A program made the position numbers and the translations under genes. From NCBI GenBank assembly GCA_030248215.1, contig JASANG010000727.1, positions 310,001-374,000 on the forward strand: DNA of 64,000 nucleotides. Reading direction: 5' to 3'. Below the pieces are notes generated by a model. It saw only the letters and a program-made list of their open reading frames with translations. It searched no databases and had not been told where the DNA came from. This DNA is from Enoplolaimus lenunculus. Lineage: Eukaryota. Shown here piece after piece: positions 1 through 13,800 of the stretch (positions are counted from its first letter, which is position 1; every line of letters starts with the position of its first letter).

Positions 1-949
1 GGACGCCCCTTAAGGTAACGGGTCATGTAACGTATCAATAAAACGAAATTTTGTCTAGCTTGTAGTTTGTATCACTACGTTCAGTGCGAAATAGTACATA
101 TGGATAAGGGCACAACCAGAGGTCGGTCTGCAGTTTCGGATATCCACAATTATAGATTGAATCTGAACGTTGGCTTTGAAAAAATCCTTCATTCAGGTAA
201 AACGGTTGTATAAAGTGGAAATTTTGGCCTCTTAACACTGGCTTGTCAAATCTAATTTTTGACAGCCAATGGAAACATGAATTTTGCAGTAGAAACCAGA
301 ATTCATTGAATCATGGATTGAGGTTCGAACTGCAAAACTCATTCAAAAATATTACAATAGGAGTTTCAAGCTCTGCCGTGTTCTGCTATGAATGCGATTC
401 TGATCTTTTCATTTTTACCAAATCTGATCTTTCATGACCCTCTGCTTTCATGGCTCACAGCCGTTGGAAGAGTAACAGACACAGAGGCACCGGATATCTG
501 GCTCCTGCAGAAAATCGAACTCCGGATTATATATCCGGCAAAACTTGTTGACCTCCGGTTCCGGTTTTTTAACGTTCGGTTACACCCCGGTAACATATTT
601 AGCAGGGTGCAACCGGAATTATAAAATACCGGAACCGGAAAGTTAAAAATGCCGGAACCGGAAAATAAAAAAATATTTGTTGCCGAAAAATTTATTTTTA
701 AGCCTTCTTTTATCGCTTTTAATGCTGTAAACACACCATTTAGAATGCCAAAATCCTGGAACAAATACAGTAGGTGGAAACATATGATAATTTATGGAGT
801 ATGACACAAATTGAAAATTTTGGCAATGTACCTACGCTCGGACAATTTTAGATAAGTTTAAGCTTAGGTTTAGGAATATGCTTTACTACTGTTTCGGCCC
901 TGTTGTATACATGGGCCGACAATTGGCTAAAATTAATATATATACATAC

Positions 950-1317
950 CAGGGTGCAACCGGTACAAACAATTCTTGTTACCGAAAAATTAATTTTTAA
1001 CGCTATTTTATCGCTTTTAACGGTGTAAACACACCATTTAGAATGCAAAAATCTTGAAACAAATGCAGTAGCTGGAAACGTATGATCAATTATAAAGTAT
1101 GACACAAATTGAAAATTTTGGCAATGCACACGCAGACAATTTTAGAAGAATATGTTACTACAATATGGCAATTTTTCTTCAATTTTGGAATGAGAACAAA
1201 TTTTCAATACCGAACATACCAGAAATTTCCGGTGAAAAATACCGGATTTTTTACCGGAACCGGATAGTGAAAAATACCGGATTTCCCAACCGGAACAGGA
1301 ATTCCGGTTGCACCTTG
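950..1317. mobile_element. hAT-like MITE (CAGGGTGCAACCGG TIR family). Related copies or fragments at ~603, 23964-24162, 38291-38680, 42843-43629 and others
   Basis: TIRs CAGGGTGCAACCGG/CCGGTTGCACCTTG with perfect 8-bp TSD ATACATAC. The copy at 38291-38680 has TSD TCAATATC. Confidence 0.8.
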
Positions 1318-1883
1318 ATACATACACATTTTATTTTTCTGTCAACACATTTGAGACGTGCGAATATTTAACGGAATTTCTAAAAATGTAAAGAAAAATG
1401 ATGGATGCGCCTAAATTTTTAAGATTTTGGATGAATTCCGTAACTTTTTTATCTCATTTCGAACAGTCGCAGCATATCTGTAATGAAAAATTGCGAGATA
1501 TATACGGGATTTACAGCTAATTTTGAGCATAAAAATAACAGGATTTCCGGTAGTTCTATAACTGAAACGGACATCGATTTTTACCGGATACAGAAACGCA
1601 TATCCGGTTGCGCTTGGCAAATACAAGTCAGGTATTTGTCTTGTGCATTGTCGTTGGCCAAATTGTCTTATTGCGGAACGAGGAATTTATGAGAAGCTCA
1701 AATATGTATGCAAAATAATTTTGAAATCCAATTATTTTTGGATAAACGCCGGCTGTGGGAAAGAACGGAAAAGTCCTTTTAGATATCATTAATACAACAA
1801 AAGGTGTCAGGTCTGTTTTTAACATAAGTTGCTTGTTATATTCTGCTACGGTCTTGGTTTCGTATCGATTACAGTAACGTCGT

Positions 1884-4800
1884 ATGTCAGAATTTCCTGA
1901 ACTCGGTAGGAATTGTACTTTCGAAGGTTGCGGAAAACTTGGTGAGTTTGTGGCAAGTTTAAATAGTTAACTGAATTATATTAGTATCTACATCCAATGT
2001 GTATACAATCGGATGTTTGGCGCCGGCTCCAAAATCGACCTCCAGCAGAATATATGCCGGAATTTCCGGCAATTTCGGTAATGAAATTTGTCGTATTTAT
2101 ATTGAAATTTGGTCATCCAGCGAGTTGATTTCTAACTTTGCAGCAGTTTGGCCAATGTAAAGAACAGGAGCAGAGCAGTATTATAAGCATATTCCTAAGC
2201 CTAAGCCAAGCAAAAAAATTAGGCAAAAGGTTAAGCTTATTCTATTATAGTACCACAGAAAAACGTTCCGCCACTGATCTTTACATGGGCCGCAATTTTG
2301 AACGTTGTACCTGCACAGCTTTCTTAAAATGGAACCTTTTGAACAAAGTTTTGACGACACACATCAGATTATTGTGTGAAATATTGCAAATTTAAAATCA
2401 TTGTTTACCTGGTTTTGCTTCAATTCCGGCTCAGACAAAATTTGGATGGCGTTTGGTTCTGGTTTTTTACTTTTACCCAGTAAATTCCAGTGAGTTAATT
2501 AATCAACTCAGAGAGAGAATTAGTCATTTTTTGGTCATGTCTGAGTTAATAGCACTAAATGTTAACTCACTCAGAGCTTATTTAATTCCAAGTGAGTTGA
2601 TTAATTAACTCACAATGAGTTCAATCAATTCACAATTGTGAGTTCTGAAACGCCTAATTCAGAGCTCAGGCTTCAGAGGGAATTCAACTCATTCTGTGTT
2701 AAAATCGACTCACTGGAATTTACGGAGATAGTTACATACTGATTATACAACATGGTGATGTTTTCATCCCACTCGTGTTAGACGAGTAAATTTGTGCATC
2801 CAACCAATGGCAGACCGGCAAGCAAGTCGCATGTAGCTCTGATTGTGGGGTTAGCCCATGGGTATAAAATGCATTTTCCGAGTTATAATTGTTAATCTAC
2901 AGTACTCAAGTGTAACAGTATTGAAAATACACTTTCATAATTGACTCAGGAATTATATTTTTTAGAAAATAAGAAATCATTTTCTTCAATTTAAGAAATT
3001 ACAGCAATTTAAACACACTAGTCGGCTACGGCAAAGATGGTACTAAACATTTTGTTTGGCATTTGCTCAGGTCCGTAGCCAGCTGAACCGGCTTGAAGGA
3101 GGTAAAATAATTCCTGCAGGGACTTACAGCTGAAATAACAAGCTTACAAGTATGCTAATTGTTTTTGGGGAGCTAAGAACACTTATGGCTGCGCGCCCAC
3201 ATTCGTCACACTGCAAAAAATGGCGAGTCCAATTGACTCTATCCGAAATAGGCTTTTCCTGAGTACACAAACTGAGTCAAAATCCGACTCTGCCAGTCGA
3301 ATTTGACTCAGGTGGAGTCGAATTTTGACTCAGTTTGTGTAGTAAGGAAAAGTCTATTGCGTAGAGTCAATTTGATATGGTTGGAACCGGTCCGGTTTTT
3401 GTAGAACCCGGGTCCGTCCCACTTGGGCCCGTGCCTGCGAATGTTATATGGGTTTAGAATAGGAAACAAAACAAAAACGAACCATATTTCACCAAATACT
3501 GTTCGAGGCAGCGTTCTTCAGATCCACAAGAGCTTCAACGCCAGACGGATGCAAAAGGAGGCGAATCCCGGTTACTACGTTACCACCGTCACTAAAATGC
3601 CGCAGAGATTCGTCCGTAATCCCTTGTATGCCACGCACGCGTCTAAACGCGGGCCCAAGGGTTGGGTTCAAGCCCGGGCCTGGCCTGCTCGAGCCCGCGG
3701 GCCCAACATTTGGAACCGGCCCAGGCACGGTGCGGTTCCAACCCTGGGGCGCACTGTATTGTAAATTTACATAATATATACGAATTATACTGATGATAAT
3801 TGCTTCAGATTTTCTTCCAGTACTTTGCAGCAACTGCAATCGAGTTTTCTGGTTAGTTTTCTATTGTAGTGACCCGAATAAGAGGGGGTAATAAGAGGGG
3901 TCTTTTATGGGTTCTAATCTATAAGAGTCCGTATCCCTAATAAGAGTCCGTAAAGCAGATACGAGTCCCTAAACCCTAATTAGAGTCAATAAATGTCAAT
4001 TATCCCTAATTGTAGCACTAAATGATTCCAGAGTCAAAAGATTTGAGTTCGAAACTTTAAAGCGTACTTATGTTTTTAACCTTATATTATCGCTTAACTA
4101 TTGACACAAGACAAATAAACGTTTCATTTATCGGATAGTTGCAGTACCGGATATATATCAGTAACGAAGGGTGGCGGAGCGTAGGCTAAAAATAAATAAC
4201 AGTACGTAACCTAGTAACAGGGGGTTCCCTCTGGAGAGGCCAAATAAATATCAGTCCCCCCTCTTATTCGAGTCACTACAGTAAACGGTGCAACCTAGTA
4301 GGCAATGTCTTTGTTTATTGGGCAACGTGGTTTTTGGAGCATTTTGAGCTGCTGAACGCATATGGTATAGCCAGTAGTTTTGGACTGTAGCTACATTATG
4401 CAAATTGCGAAGAAAAATCACAAAAGAGATGTTTGACCAAAAGCTTTTCGACACCGCCCTTGGTTGACAGTAGCAACAGTGGATAATTGCTATTTAACAA
4501 GAGTGTGCAACTGGACACATTCTGTGTAGAAAATAATGTACCCGGCACGTGTTGCGTTTTTGCCCTACCTTGTCAGTCTAGGTAGGAACTGAGGAACATC
4601 AGACCTTTCAACTAAGCAGCTGGAAAAGCTGGCTAGAGCGGGGATCGAACTCTCAGCCTATTGATCCTTAAGCGAGCACTCTACCACTGCGCCACGTAAC
4701 CCGCCTGTCCAACTACCATTTTCGTCGACTATATTTGTCGACCGTATGCTGCCAGCTAGCATACATACAGTGCACTGCACTATATTGCATGTGCACATAA

Positions 4801-7800
4801 CGGACAAGCATGTCTCACATGCTTACGTGCCCTTATTTTCAACGAGGTCGTCTCTTGACCGTCCATCCTATTTTCGACTGGATACCGTGCTCGTAGCGCG
4901 GCAATTTGCCATTGCGCTCACGGCGTAGCCCCCATGTCAGTCTAGGTAGGAACTGAGGGACATCAGACCTTTCAACTAAGCAGCTGGAAAAGCTGGCTAG
5001 AGCGGGGATCGAACTCTCAGCCTATTGATCCTTAAGCGAGCACTCTACCACTGCGCCACGTAACCCGCCTGTCCAACTACCATTTTCGTCGACTATATTT
5101 GTCGACCGTATGCTGCCAGCTAGCATACATACAGTGCACTGCACTATATTGCATGTGCACATAACGGACAAGCATGTCTCACATGCTTAGGCGTACCTCT
5201 CTTTGATTTAGAGATCGGTACACCCGGTGCGAACCATGACGCTTTATGTATGCGGCGTCAAACATGTTCCCTTATAGTTTAATTTAGGGGTATTCATATG
5301 ATAGCGACCTCCCTTCTAAACAAGGGGGTCGGCCAAAAACGCAACGCCCAGTGGTACGTTTTGTACCATGCGGGACGCCAAGAGTTGCATACTCTTGTCA
5401 TTATCCACTCTTGATAGTAGCAACGCCAACATAAAATCGTTTTGTTTGCCAACAACCATCCTACTTCCGTATAATCAATTTGTGAGTTGATGGTATGCTA
5501 TAAAATTTGGCATTTTCATTTAATAGCAGTAACTTGTATATAGATCCATGCAATCACCAATAACTTGTATAGCAAAGTGATTTGTTCATCCACGCTTAGG
5601 CAAAATACAATCCAGTTCCTGGTTTTCATTCTTAAAAAGGCTCATGTATAGAACAGGGCCGGATCGTTTTCCGGAGGGGCTGTAACAGAGTCGGTTTAAG
5701 CTTTAGACTAAATTTTTTTGCTTAGGTTTAGGCTTAGGCTTAGGAGTATGCTTATACATATACTACTGTTCCGGTCCTGTGCTATACATGGGTCCTTAAA
5801 AATATCGGTACGTAAAACGTAACATTGAATGGCACTACTGATATTTCAGCCCAAATCATCATTCAATAACAGTTCACCAATGCCCAAGTTCGTCTTCTTC
5901 GCCTGGACAACCAGAAAGTGGTGTCAGTGTCCGAACGACTGAAGGTGAAACGTCAAGTAACCAATTGGCGTACACATGCGAGTATTGTCATCAAACAACC
6001 ATATACAGTCACACAAAATGTTCCGACTGCAACAATATGTTCTGTTTAAAGTAATTATCACAAGGATCAAGGTGTGTCGAATCGGTTCTTGCAGATCCTT
6101 CAAAGTGTTTCGAATCCGTTCTTGCAATCCTTAATTTGCTTTTACTGAATGCGATAAATAATCGATGCTTTAGGCGGTCGTGCAACGTTTTTGTCGTAAT
6201 GAAAAGTTGTTCAGCTTATGCGTTAGGGTTGTCGTCTGCCTGGACAATCTCGTCTGTAGGTTTTTTATATATTTTCTGACACCTGCTACGTATCTGTGCG
6301 CAACTGGAGCTGGTTCCGGCGGTGCCGAAGGTTCCGGCAATTTGTGGAAACGTTTCAATGATGTTTTATTTTGCTGTTAATACAATTGCTGCATTGTACT
6401 ATTCAGTGGACTTTATAAAATTTTAAAGAAAAAATGGATGCAGTGCAAGTTTTTAAATTTCGTAATTTTCATTTCATATCGAATAAGTACACTATATCTG
6501 TATTAATGAAAAATTGCGAGATATTTACGTGATTTATCACTAATTTTGAGCATAAAAATAACACAAATTGCCGTGTTTCAACAACACATTTGGTTGGTTT
6601 CACTTCAAATCATTGGCTTTGCATACAACTGCTGGAATGCTGACAAAAATTGGCCAATGTATAGCACAGACACTTCCCATTTTCTAAGGTGGACTACTTA
6701 TGACCAGGAGGCAGGTTTGGTAGGAACGACCACAAGCAGAATTTTGGCTGGGAAAATTTAAGCGTTTAAAATTGCTACTTTTCCCGTTTTCCATTCAGAC
6801 TTATGAATTTTCCACTTTTCCAGTTTACCCAGCCAAACTTTATACTTGTGATTTTTGCTACCAAATCTGCGCGATTCCTAGCTGTCATACAGGATTGGCT
6901 GCGCTGCACTCCTGGTCATAAGTTTTCGAATTTGGAAATGGAAAAACCCATCCCAAAAGCTCAAAATGAAGTTTAATAAGCATAAAGCCTGGCTGATACG
7001 ACTTAACTATACATCGATAATTTTGGCAAAGTTGAGATTAAAGGTTATTACACTGGTTGACAAGGGCATTTTTTAACTATACATGAATACTGTTTAGATT
7101 CAATGGCCAGACAATGTATACGAATTAAGACGTTCTGTATATTACGTAATGGTACACTTAAACTGTGCAGATGAATATCGTATGATACTCCAAATTCGTT
7201 TTGCTGAATATCATATCATATATACCGTTAATTTCGAATATAATGACATTCACCAATGTGTCTGATAATGTCACATAATATTCGATCACTTGTATGTAGA
7301 GATAACCTATGTGTCCGTGCTTTGTATAGCAATATTATATGATATTCGACTTTGTCTGTCCGTAGTGACCCGACTGCCCCAGTTATAACGTGAATCACGC
7401 ATAACACGACGTGTATAAAACAGGCCCTGAACAAAGTGTGGACTTACGAGGTCGCATAGACCTACGGGTGGTGCTATACTTTTTGAGTATTTTAATGCCG
7501 TCAAACCTCTGGTCCCGTCCGGTGGCACATGTGAATTGCCGTATGGGTCCGCATAACAATTTGTAAACAAATTGTTTTTACTTTAGACGCCACATGTCAT
7601 GTATAGCGCCTCCTCAACATTTAGCCTTAAAATTCACTTTTCGGGACGTGTTCTATTGTATATGGGCCCACAAAAGCGCCTGTAATCTGTGGCTCGTTTT
7701 TGCTTTTTTCTATCCATAATTTGGCCTCATGTTACTTTTAAAGCCGTCCCGGTTTCTGGTTGGTCTGTTAAAGAGTAATGCTTTCATTCTAGACTACATT

Positions 7801-10800
7801 TTTTTGCTTAGGTTTAGGCTTAGGAATACGCTTTTGCAACGATTAAGGTTTAGGTTTAGGAATACGCTTTTGCAACGCTTATAAGGTTTAGGCTTAGGAA
7901 TAGGCTTTTGCAACGCTTATAAGGTTTAGGCTTAGGAATACGCTTTTGCAACGCTTATAAGGTTTAGGCTTAGGAATACGCTTTTGCAACGCTTATAAGG
8001 TTTAGGGTTAGGAATACGCCTAATCTTCTCTTACGGCCCTAAAAGTAACATTGGCCCATTATTTAAAACAGATTTCAGGCACAGATTTCCTGCAGATCAT
8101 GACTGCGCAAAAGTTTGTTCACAATCAACGAACAAAGACAAACCATGCATAATTACAAGTAAATCAAAATATAGCAAGAATTGTGTATTGTTGTCTGTAA
8201 ACGTAATTTTGAAAATTATTGCATGTTCAAATATCAAATGCTAAGCGTGTATTTTTTGTGCTCAATCGATTGAGTACCGTTTACTCTGTCATAATCAAAA
8301 CAGCCGGTAGCGGCACTTTTTCACTTCGCCCTCACACAGCTTAAATGCGGTGAACTTTTTAGTTAACTTTGTGTTGGCAATAATCGTAGCTAACAAACAA
8401 CGTTTTATAATAGAACGTCTCGGTATATAGAGAGCGGTGGGAAAAGCTGTTTACTTAAGGGAAGTAAAAATGTGCAGTAAAAGGACTTTCCAAAGCCATT
8501 TTTATATAAGCGGATTTGTACAGTAAAAATATTACTCTGCAAAAAATGGTGAGTCAAATAGGCTTTCTCCGAAATAGGCTTTTCAGGACTGCACAAATTG
8601 AGTTAAAATTCAACTCCATCAGAGTCACATTCGACTCACTGAGTCGCACGTTTGACTCTGGCGGAGTCAAGTTTGACTCAGTTTGCGTGATTTTGAAGAC
8701 TATATCGGAGATAGTCAATTTGACTCACCATTTTTTGCAGTGTACATAAAAATATAACTTATAACAGTGCCTCATTTATCAGCTATTTACGTTTGACCAC
8801 ACTTTCCATCCTGAATCAATCCAATATGTTCTGGTGGCGCCCGCTTTAGTAGTGAGTCTATATTAGCGGGCCCATGTATAGAACTGGGCCGGAACAGTAG
8901 TATAAGCATATTCCTAAGCCTAAACCTATGTCTAAGCGTATGGGATGAGCCTATTCCTAAGCCAAAGCCTAAGCCTAAGCCTAAGCTAAAAAAATTAGTC
9001 TAAAGCTTAAACTGACTCTATTATAGCGCCTCTGGGAAACGACTCGGCTCTGTTTTATACATGGGCCTATTAGCGTTACTTACGTTTTCAAATGTGATTT
9101 TTAAATTAAAATTATTTTAAAGAATCCAACGTAAGCACAGGTTCACCACTAAAGATAGTAATTTACGCTTTTGCTCGTTATAGAATCGTTCGTACAAACA
9201 AAACCAATTTCGAAGAAAAGCGCAAAATTAGGCAACAAAGTTCAGTTGATGCGGCTAAAACAACATGCGGTGGGTGAAAACACTGCGATGTCTGATGGCG
9301 AACGTTTATATATCACGGCTGAGTTGCCAGTAGGATTTAAATGGAAAAATTCGAGTCAAGCAATGGCATTTGTGAGCAAAGTAAGTGTTCATAGTACTGT
9401 AGTGACTCGAATAAGAGGAAATAATAAGAGAAGGGTCCCCGATTTGGAGTCCGTATCCCAAATAAGAGTCCGTAAGCGGATAGAGTTCCTAAACTCTAAT
9501 TAGAGTCCATAAATGTCTATTATTCCTAATAGTATAAATGTAATTAGTGTCCATAAATGTCTATTATCCCTAATAGTATGAACCAAATAAAGTTAATTTC
9601 GAAGCTTTAAAAGATATACTTAAGTTTTGAAAGTACTGTATTGACCCGAATAAGAGGGGGTAATAAGAGGGGGTTCCATTTTGGGTCCGACTCAATAGGA
9701 GTCCGTATCCCTAATAAGAGTCCGTAAGCGGATAGAGTCCCTAAATTCTAATTAGAGTCCATAAATGTCAATTAACCCTAATTGTAGCACATAAATGACT
9801 CCAGGACCAAATAATTTGAGTTCGAAACTTTAAAGCCTAATTAAATTTTGAAAGTACATTCCTAAATATAACCTTTTATAATCGCTCAAACTATTGAAAC
9901 GAGACAAATATACGTTTAATTCAACGGATAGTTGCACTACCGGATATATATCAGCAACGGAGGGCGGCGGAGCGTGGGTTAAAAATAAATAACAGTCCGT
10001 AACCGAATAACAAGGGGGGGTACCCTCTGGAGAGGCCAAATAAATATCAGTCCCCCCTTCTTATTCGGGTCAATACAGTACATTTCTACAGGGCTGTTTT
10101 TTCCGGAAAAAAATTATGACCGGAAAAAAAGGATTTTTTTTCGGGAAAAAATGGAAAAAAATTAATTCTTAGTCTGAGTGATCGGTTAACCCACCCTTAG
10201 CCGTCGTTTGCCCAAAAATGCTTGCATTTTGAAAGTTTTTGCATATTTGAGCGTCTGGTGACATCGTGTGATTATTCCATGGCTAAATCTGAATTTTGGA
10301 AATATTCGAATTTTAAGGTCATAAGTTCAGCCCCCTGTATCCCAAAATTTTTTTCGATAAGTTGGACAAATTATATATTGCTGACTAGTTTAGGCAGACG
10401 TCTGATTGGGAAACATCTAACAATATTCGTCTTAGCTCCGCAACTTGTGTCAAATGGTATATAATTTGTATAATTTTTTGCCAAAAACATTTTAACTCCA
10501 GTGGTGGAATTTGGGACCTTAAAATTCGATTTTTTTAAAAATTTAAGTTTTGGCATGGAATAACCGGAGGAGGTCATCAGAACATCAGAAACGCATCGGT
10601 TGAGCGAGCTAAACAAGCCACACTTTTGGGTTTTTTCTGACATCGAAGCCTCTCAATTGCTGCCACCTCGCGAGCAAAGCGAGGTTGAAGCTAAGCGTAT
10701 TCTTGTGTTAAATCATACGGTAAAAGCAAGCGTTCAATTTTGAACGCCCTAACTTTGGCTCCACTGTCGACAAAACCTGTGAGAGAACAGAACAAGTTGT

Positions 10801-13800
10801 ATATGTAGTTTACATTGAATCTCGTGGCAAAGTTTCAATTCTGAAATCCATTTATACATTCATATACTGCAATTTTCGCGCTTTTTGGACATATAATGTG
10901 TCCTGGTGGACATATATATACACACGGTCACGGTTAATGTGTTGCATGAAAATTAGTTACACGTCATCTAAAAACGTTATTTTGTATCATATTTAGTTGC
11001 AAATTTATATAAGAATCGTTTAATATTTTTCTATTTTTTCCTATTTTTTCCACCCCCTCGGAAAAAATGAAAAAAAAAACATTTTTTCCGGTAATTTTTC
11101 CGGCCAACAACCTCGTTTCTAAGTATAAAACTTTGCATTATCGCATCGAGCTTTTGATACTAGACAAATAAACATTTAATTAAACGGAGAGTTGCAACAC
11201 CGGATAAATATCAGTTACGAAGGGCGGCGAAAGGCGGATTAAAAATAAATAACAGTCCGTAACCGAACAACAGGGAGATACCCTCTGGAGAAGCCAAATA
11301 AATATCAGTTCCCCCTCTTATTCAAGTAACAACAGTAATGATGGACCATGCACATATAGAACAGCGCCGGAACAGTAGTTGTAGTATAACCGATCTCAAT
11401 CCGGATGCAGATGAGTTCCATCCGTCGAGTTCCGGTGTTCGGCAGGCGACCGACCTGCCGGCACCGATGCCAAAAGGAGCAAGTGCACATAGTGGTGAAC
11501 AGGATTCTGCCAATGTAAATCTCTAATTTTGTTCCGGTTGTATAGCTTCTTAATAGTGAAATTTTCAGTATACCGAAACTCTGACATTAGGCAACTTATA
11601 TTTGATGCAACTTTTAATTTTACTGTGGCTTTTCTGCCATAAAAGGCTTTACCTCTTTTATACTTTACAAGTTTTAAATAAAGTGTTCACAAAGCTGTGT
11701 ACATTCTGTAAGCACCTCTAGCGAGGTTAGGAAAATTGTTTGCAAACACTCAACCCACATATTGAGTTATTTTTCCGGATAAGAATAGTAGTAGTTAGGG
11801 GTTGTTTAAGTTACCTGGGCTGATCAGCCACAGGTTAGGTGAACGAACGGATATTTGGCGATCTCCAGCGTAGTGCGCGTTTTCTAGTGTGTACACTTAG
11901 TTGATTAAGTTTAAGTAGTTTCAAGTTACTATGGTATGCTTATGCCTAAGCTTAGCTAAAATCCTAGCCTAAGTTATTATTTCCTTCGGGACGGTGCGTG
12001 GCTCATCGAGAATTAGCCAGACGGGTCCGCCAGGTATCCGGTTATCCACCTGGTGTCCAATGTGCAAGCCGCTATCGCGGCCTATTTTACCGGTCCGGTT
12101 CCGTAGAAGACCCCTTTTTTCGTGTAGTAGTAGTGTGTGATTATTCCTGGCCCGTGTAAGCCCACCGTAATAGCTGGGAGGTCCCGCCTTCATCTCCCAG
12201 GGTGGCAGTAAAAGGGCGTTTTATCGTAGCACCCCTTGAAGTCGGCGCGTCGTATCCTCCTACGGAACCGGACCCGCGGCTCTGCCGCCTAATAAAGGCG
12301 GCTGGGATTCGGCTGATCCACTCATAGGGGTGTATCTGATGAGTGTGATCACTCGGGGTTTAGGGACGTCCGTCTGGGGGCCCGGCTGTCCGTTGCGCAA
12401 CACCCGTTGGATGGAGGCTCGCCGGTGGGATCCACGCTGGGGAGTTTCCTGAATGCGGGTGGGACGGTCACTCCTCGTCGGGGGTTCCGGCTCTGTTTGT
12501 TCGCTCTTATTGCATACACACTAGACCCTATGGACTTCGCGATTACGTCCAAGGATGTCGACCCAGGATGTACCCACTCCGGACATGGGAGACCTCTCGT
12601 CCTGGCTAAAGGCTAACATCCAGTAAAGTTAAGGGAGCTGAGAGTGGGCAGCAATCTAAATTCCACCTTTAGCTTTACAGTTTTCAGAAAAGGTCATATA
12701 TGCAGATTGTTCTTGCTTATAAATTACCCAGTTGTTAACAAGCTGTTTAGAGTAAAAATTCGTATTTTCAACGCGGCTTCAGTAAACAAGTTTATTCTGA
12801 TTGAAACAGACAACACGTTTTGATATGAACACCCTTTGTTTGTTTGTTTGTTTGTTTGTTTGTTTGTTTGTTTGTTTGTTTGTCTGTTTGTTTGTTTGCT
12901 TGTTTGTTTGTTTGTTTGTTCAGCCCCTTTGAACAAACGTCAACGTTAGTTTACAGCAGACATAAGTAGCTAACATTCATTTTACATATTTCAGAACTGG
13001 ACCGTCGGCAGGGCGATTGATTCGATAGCTAAATTGTTCAAATTGCCAAATCAAAACAATATAGCGTCTGCAAAGGTAAGCACGAACTCAAGCATGTAAA
13101 ACATGAAACAAAATAGTAAGTACACTTCCAGTTCTGATACAAATTTTAGTTTTAGTAAATAATGCTGGTTTCGTGTTATTTATCGTGTGTTTACTCTGAG
13201 TTTGTTTGGCTAAATTTGGTTTTCGATATTTGAATTGATTTTAACCATAAAATTATTGGCCAGTGTTACTTTAGGTAAGAGGCGTAACCGTAGATAAGCG
13301 TATTCCTTAGCCTAAGCCTAATGCGGCGTTCACGTTATAACTGGGGCAGCTTGGAACACGTTTTGTCCAATGTTGATTCGACGTCAACATAAAATTCTGT
13401 GATCCGAATAGCGGTTATGTAGACCAAATGTGAATGTCATATGACATTGGCTTACAAATCACTGATGTCAAGCGATCATCGTATACAAATAACCATTTGT
13501 CATATGATGCTGCGGGACATTTATGCGAATGTCATTTGATATTCCAAAATTCTACTAAATATCATAATGATTTCGCAAGTTGAATTAGCTTCTACGTTCT
13601 GTTTCTCGCTAAGTTTTTCCCAAAATATATTCCTAAGTATAAATAATTCAAATTTGAAATTTTAGTATCATATGACATTCTACAGTACAATCAAGCTAGT
13701 TTAACACAACTTTGCAGACATTTTCAAACATATCATATGATACTCGCAGACAATATTTGGAATATCATATGATATTGCAGTACAAACAGTAGATGTCACA

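Larger units (their letters stand above)
4571..5193 (-). mobile_element. TRIM-like miniature LTR retrotransposon with tRNA-derived cassettes in both LTRs
   Basis: ~255-bp direct repeats (4571-4825, 4935-5189; one internal mismatch seen) and a ~109-bp internal part. On the minus strand, TGGGGGCTACGCC (PBS-like) directly follows ...CTGACA and GAAAATAAGGG (PPT-like) precedes the second repeat. 5-bp TSD TACCT at 4566-4570 and 5194-5198. Confidence 0.65.

Noticed and set aside
35..250. Possible terminal exon on the minus strand
   Set aside because: No recognisable homology and no upstream exons found.
4630..4701. Functional tRNA gene
   Set aside because: Anticodon and T stems do not pair; it is embedded in a repeat.
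12330..12360. CTGATGA plus hairpin as a hammerhead ribozyme
   Set aside because: No GAAA after the stem.
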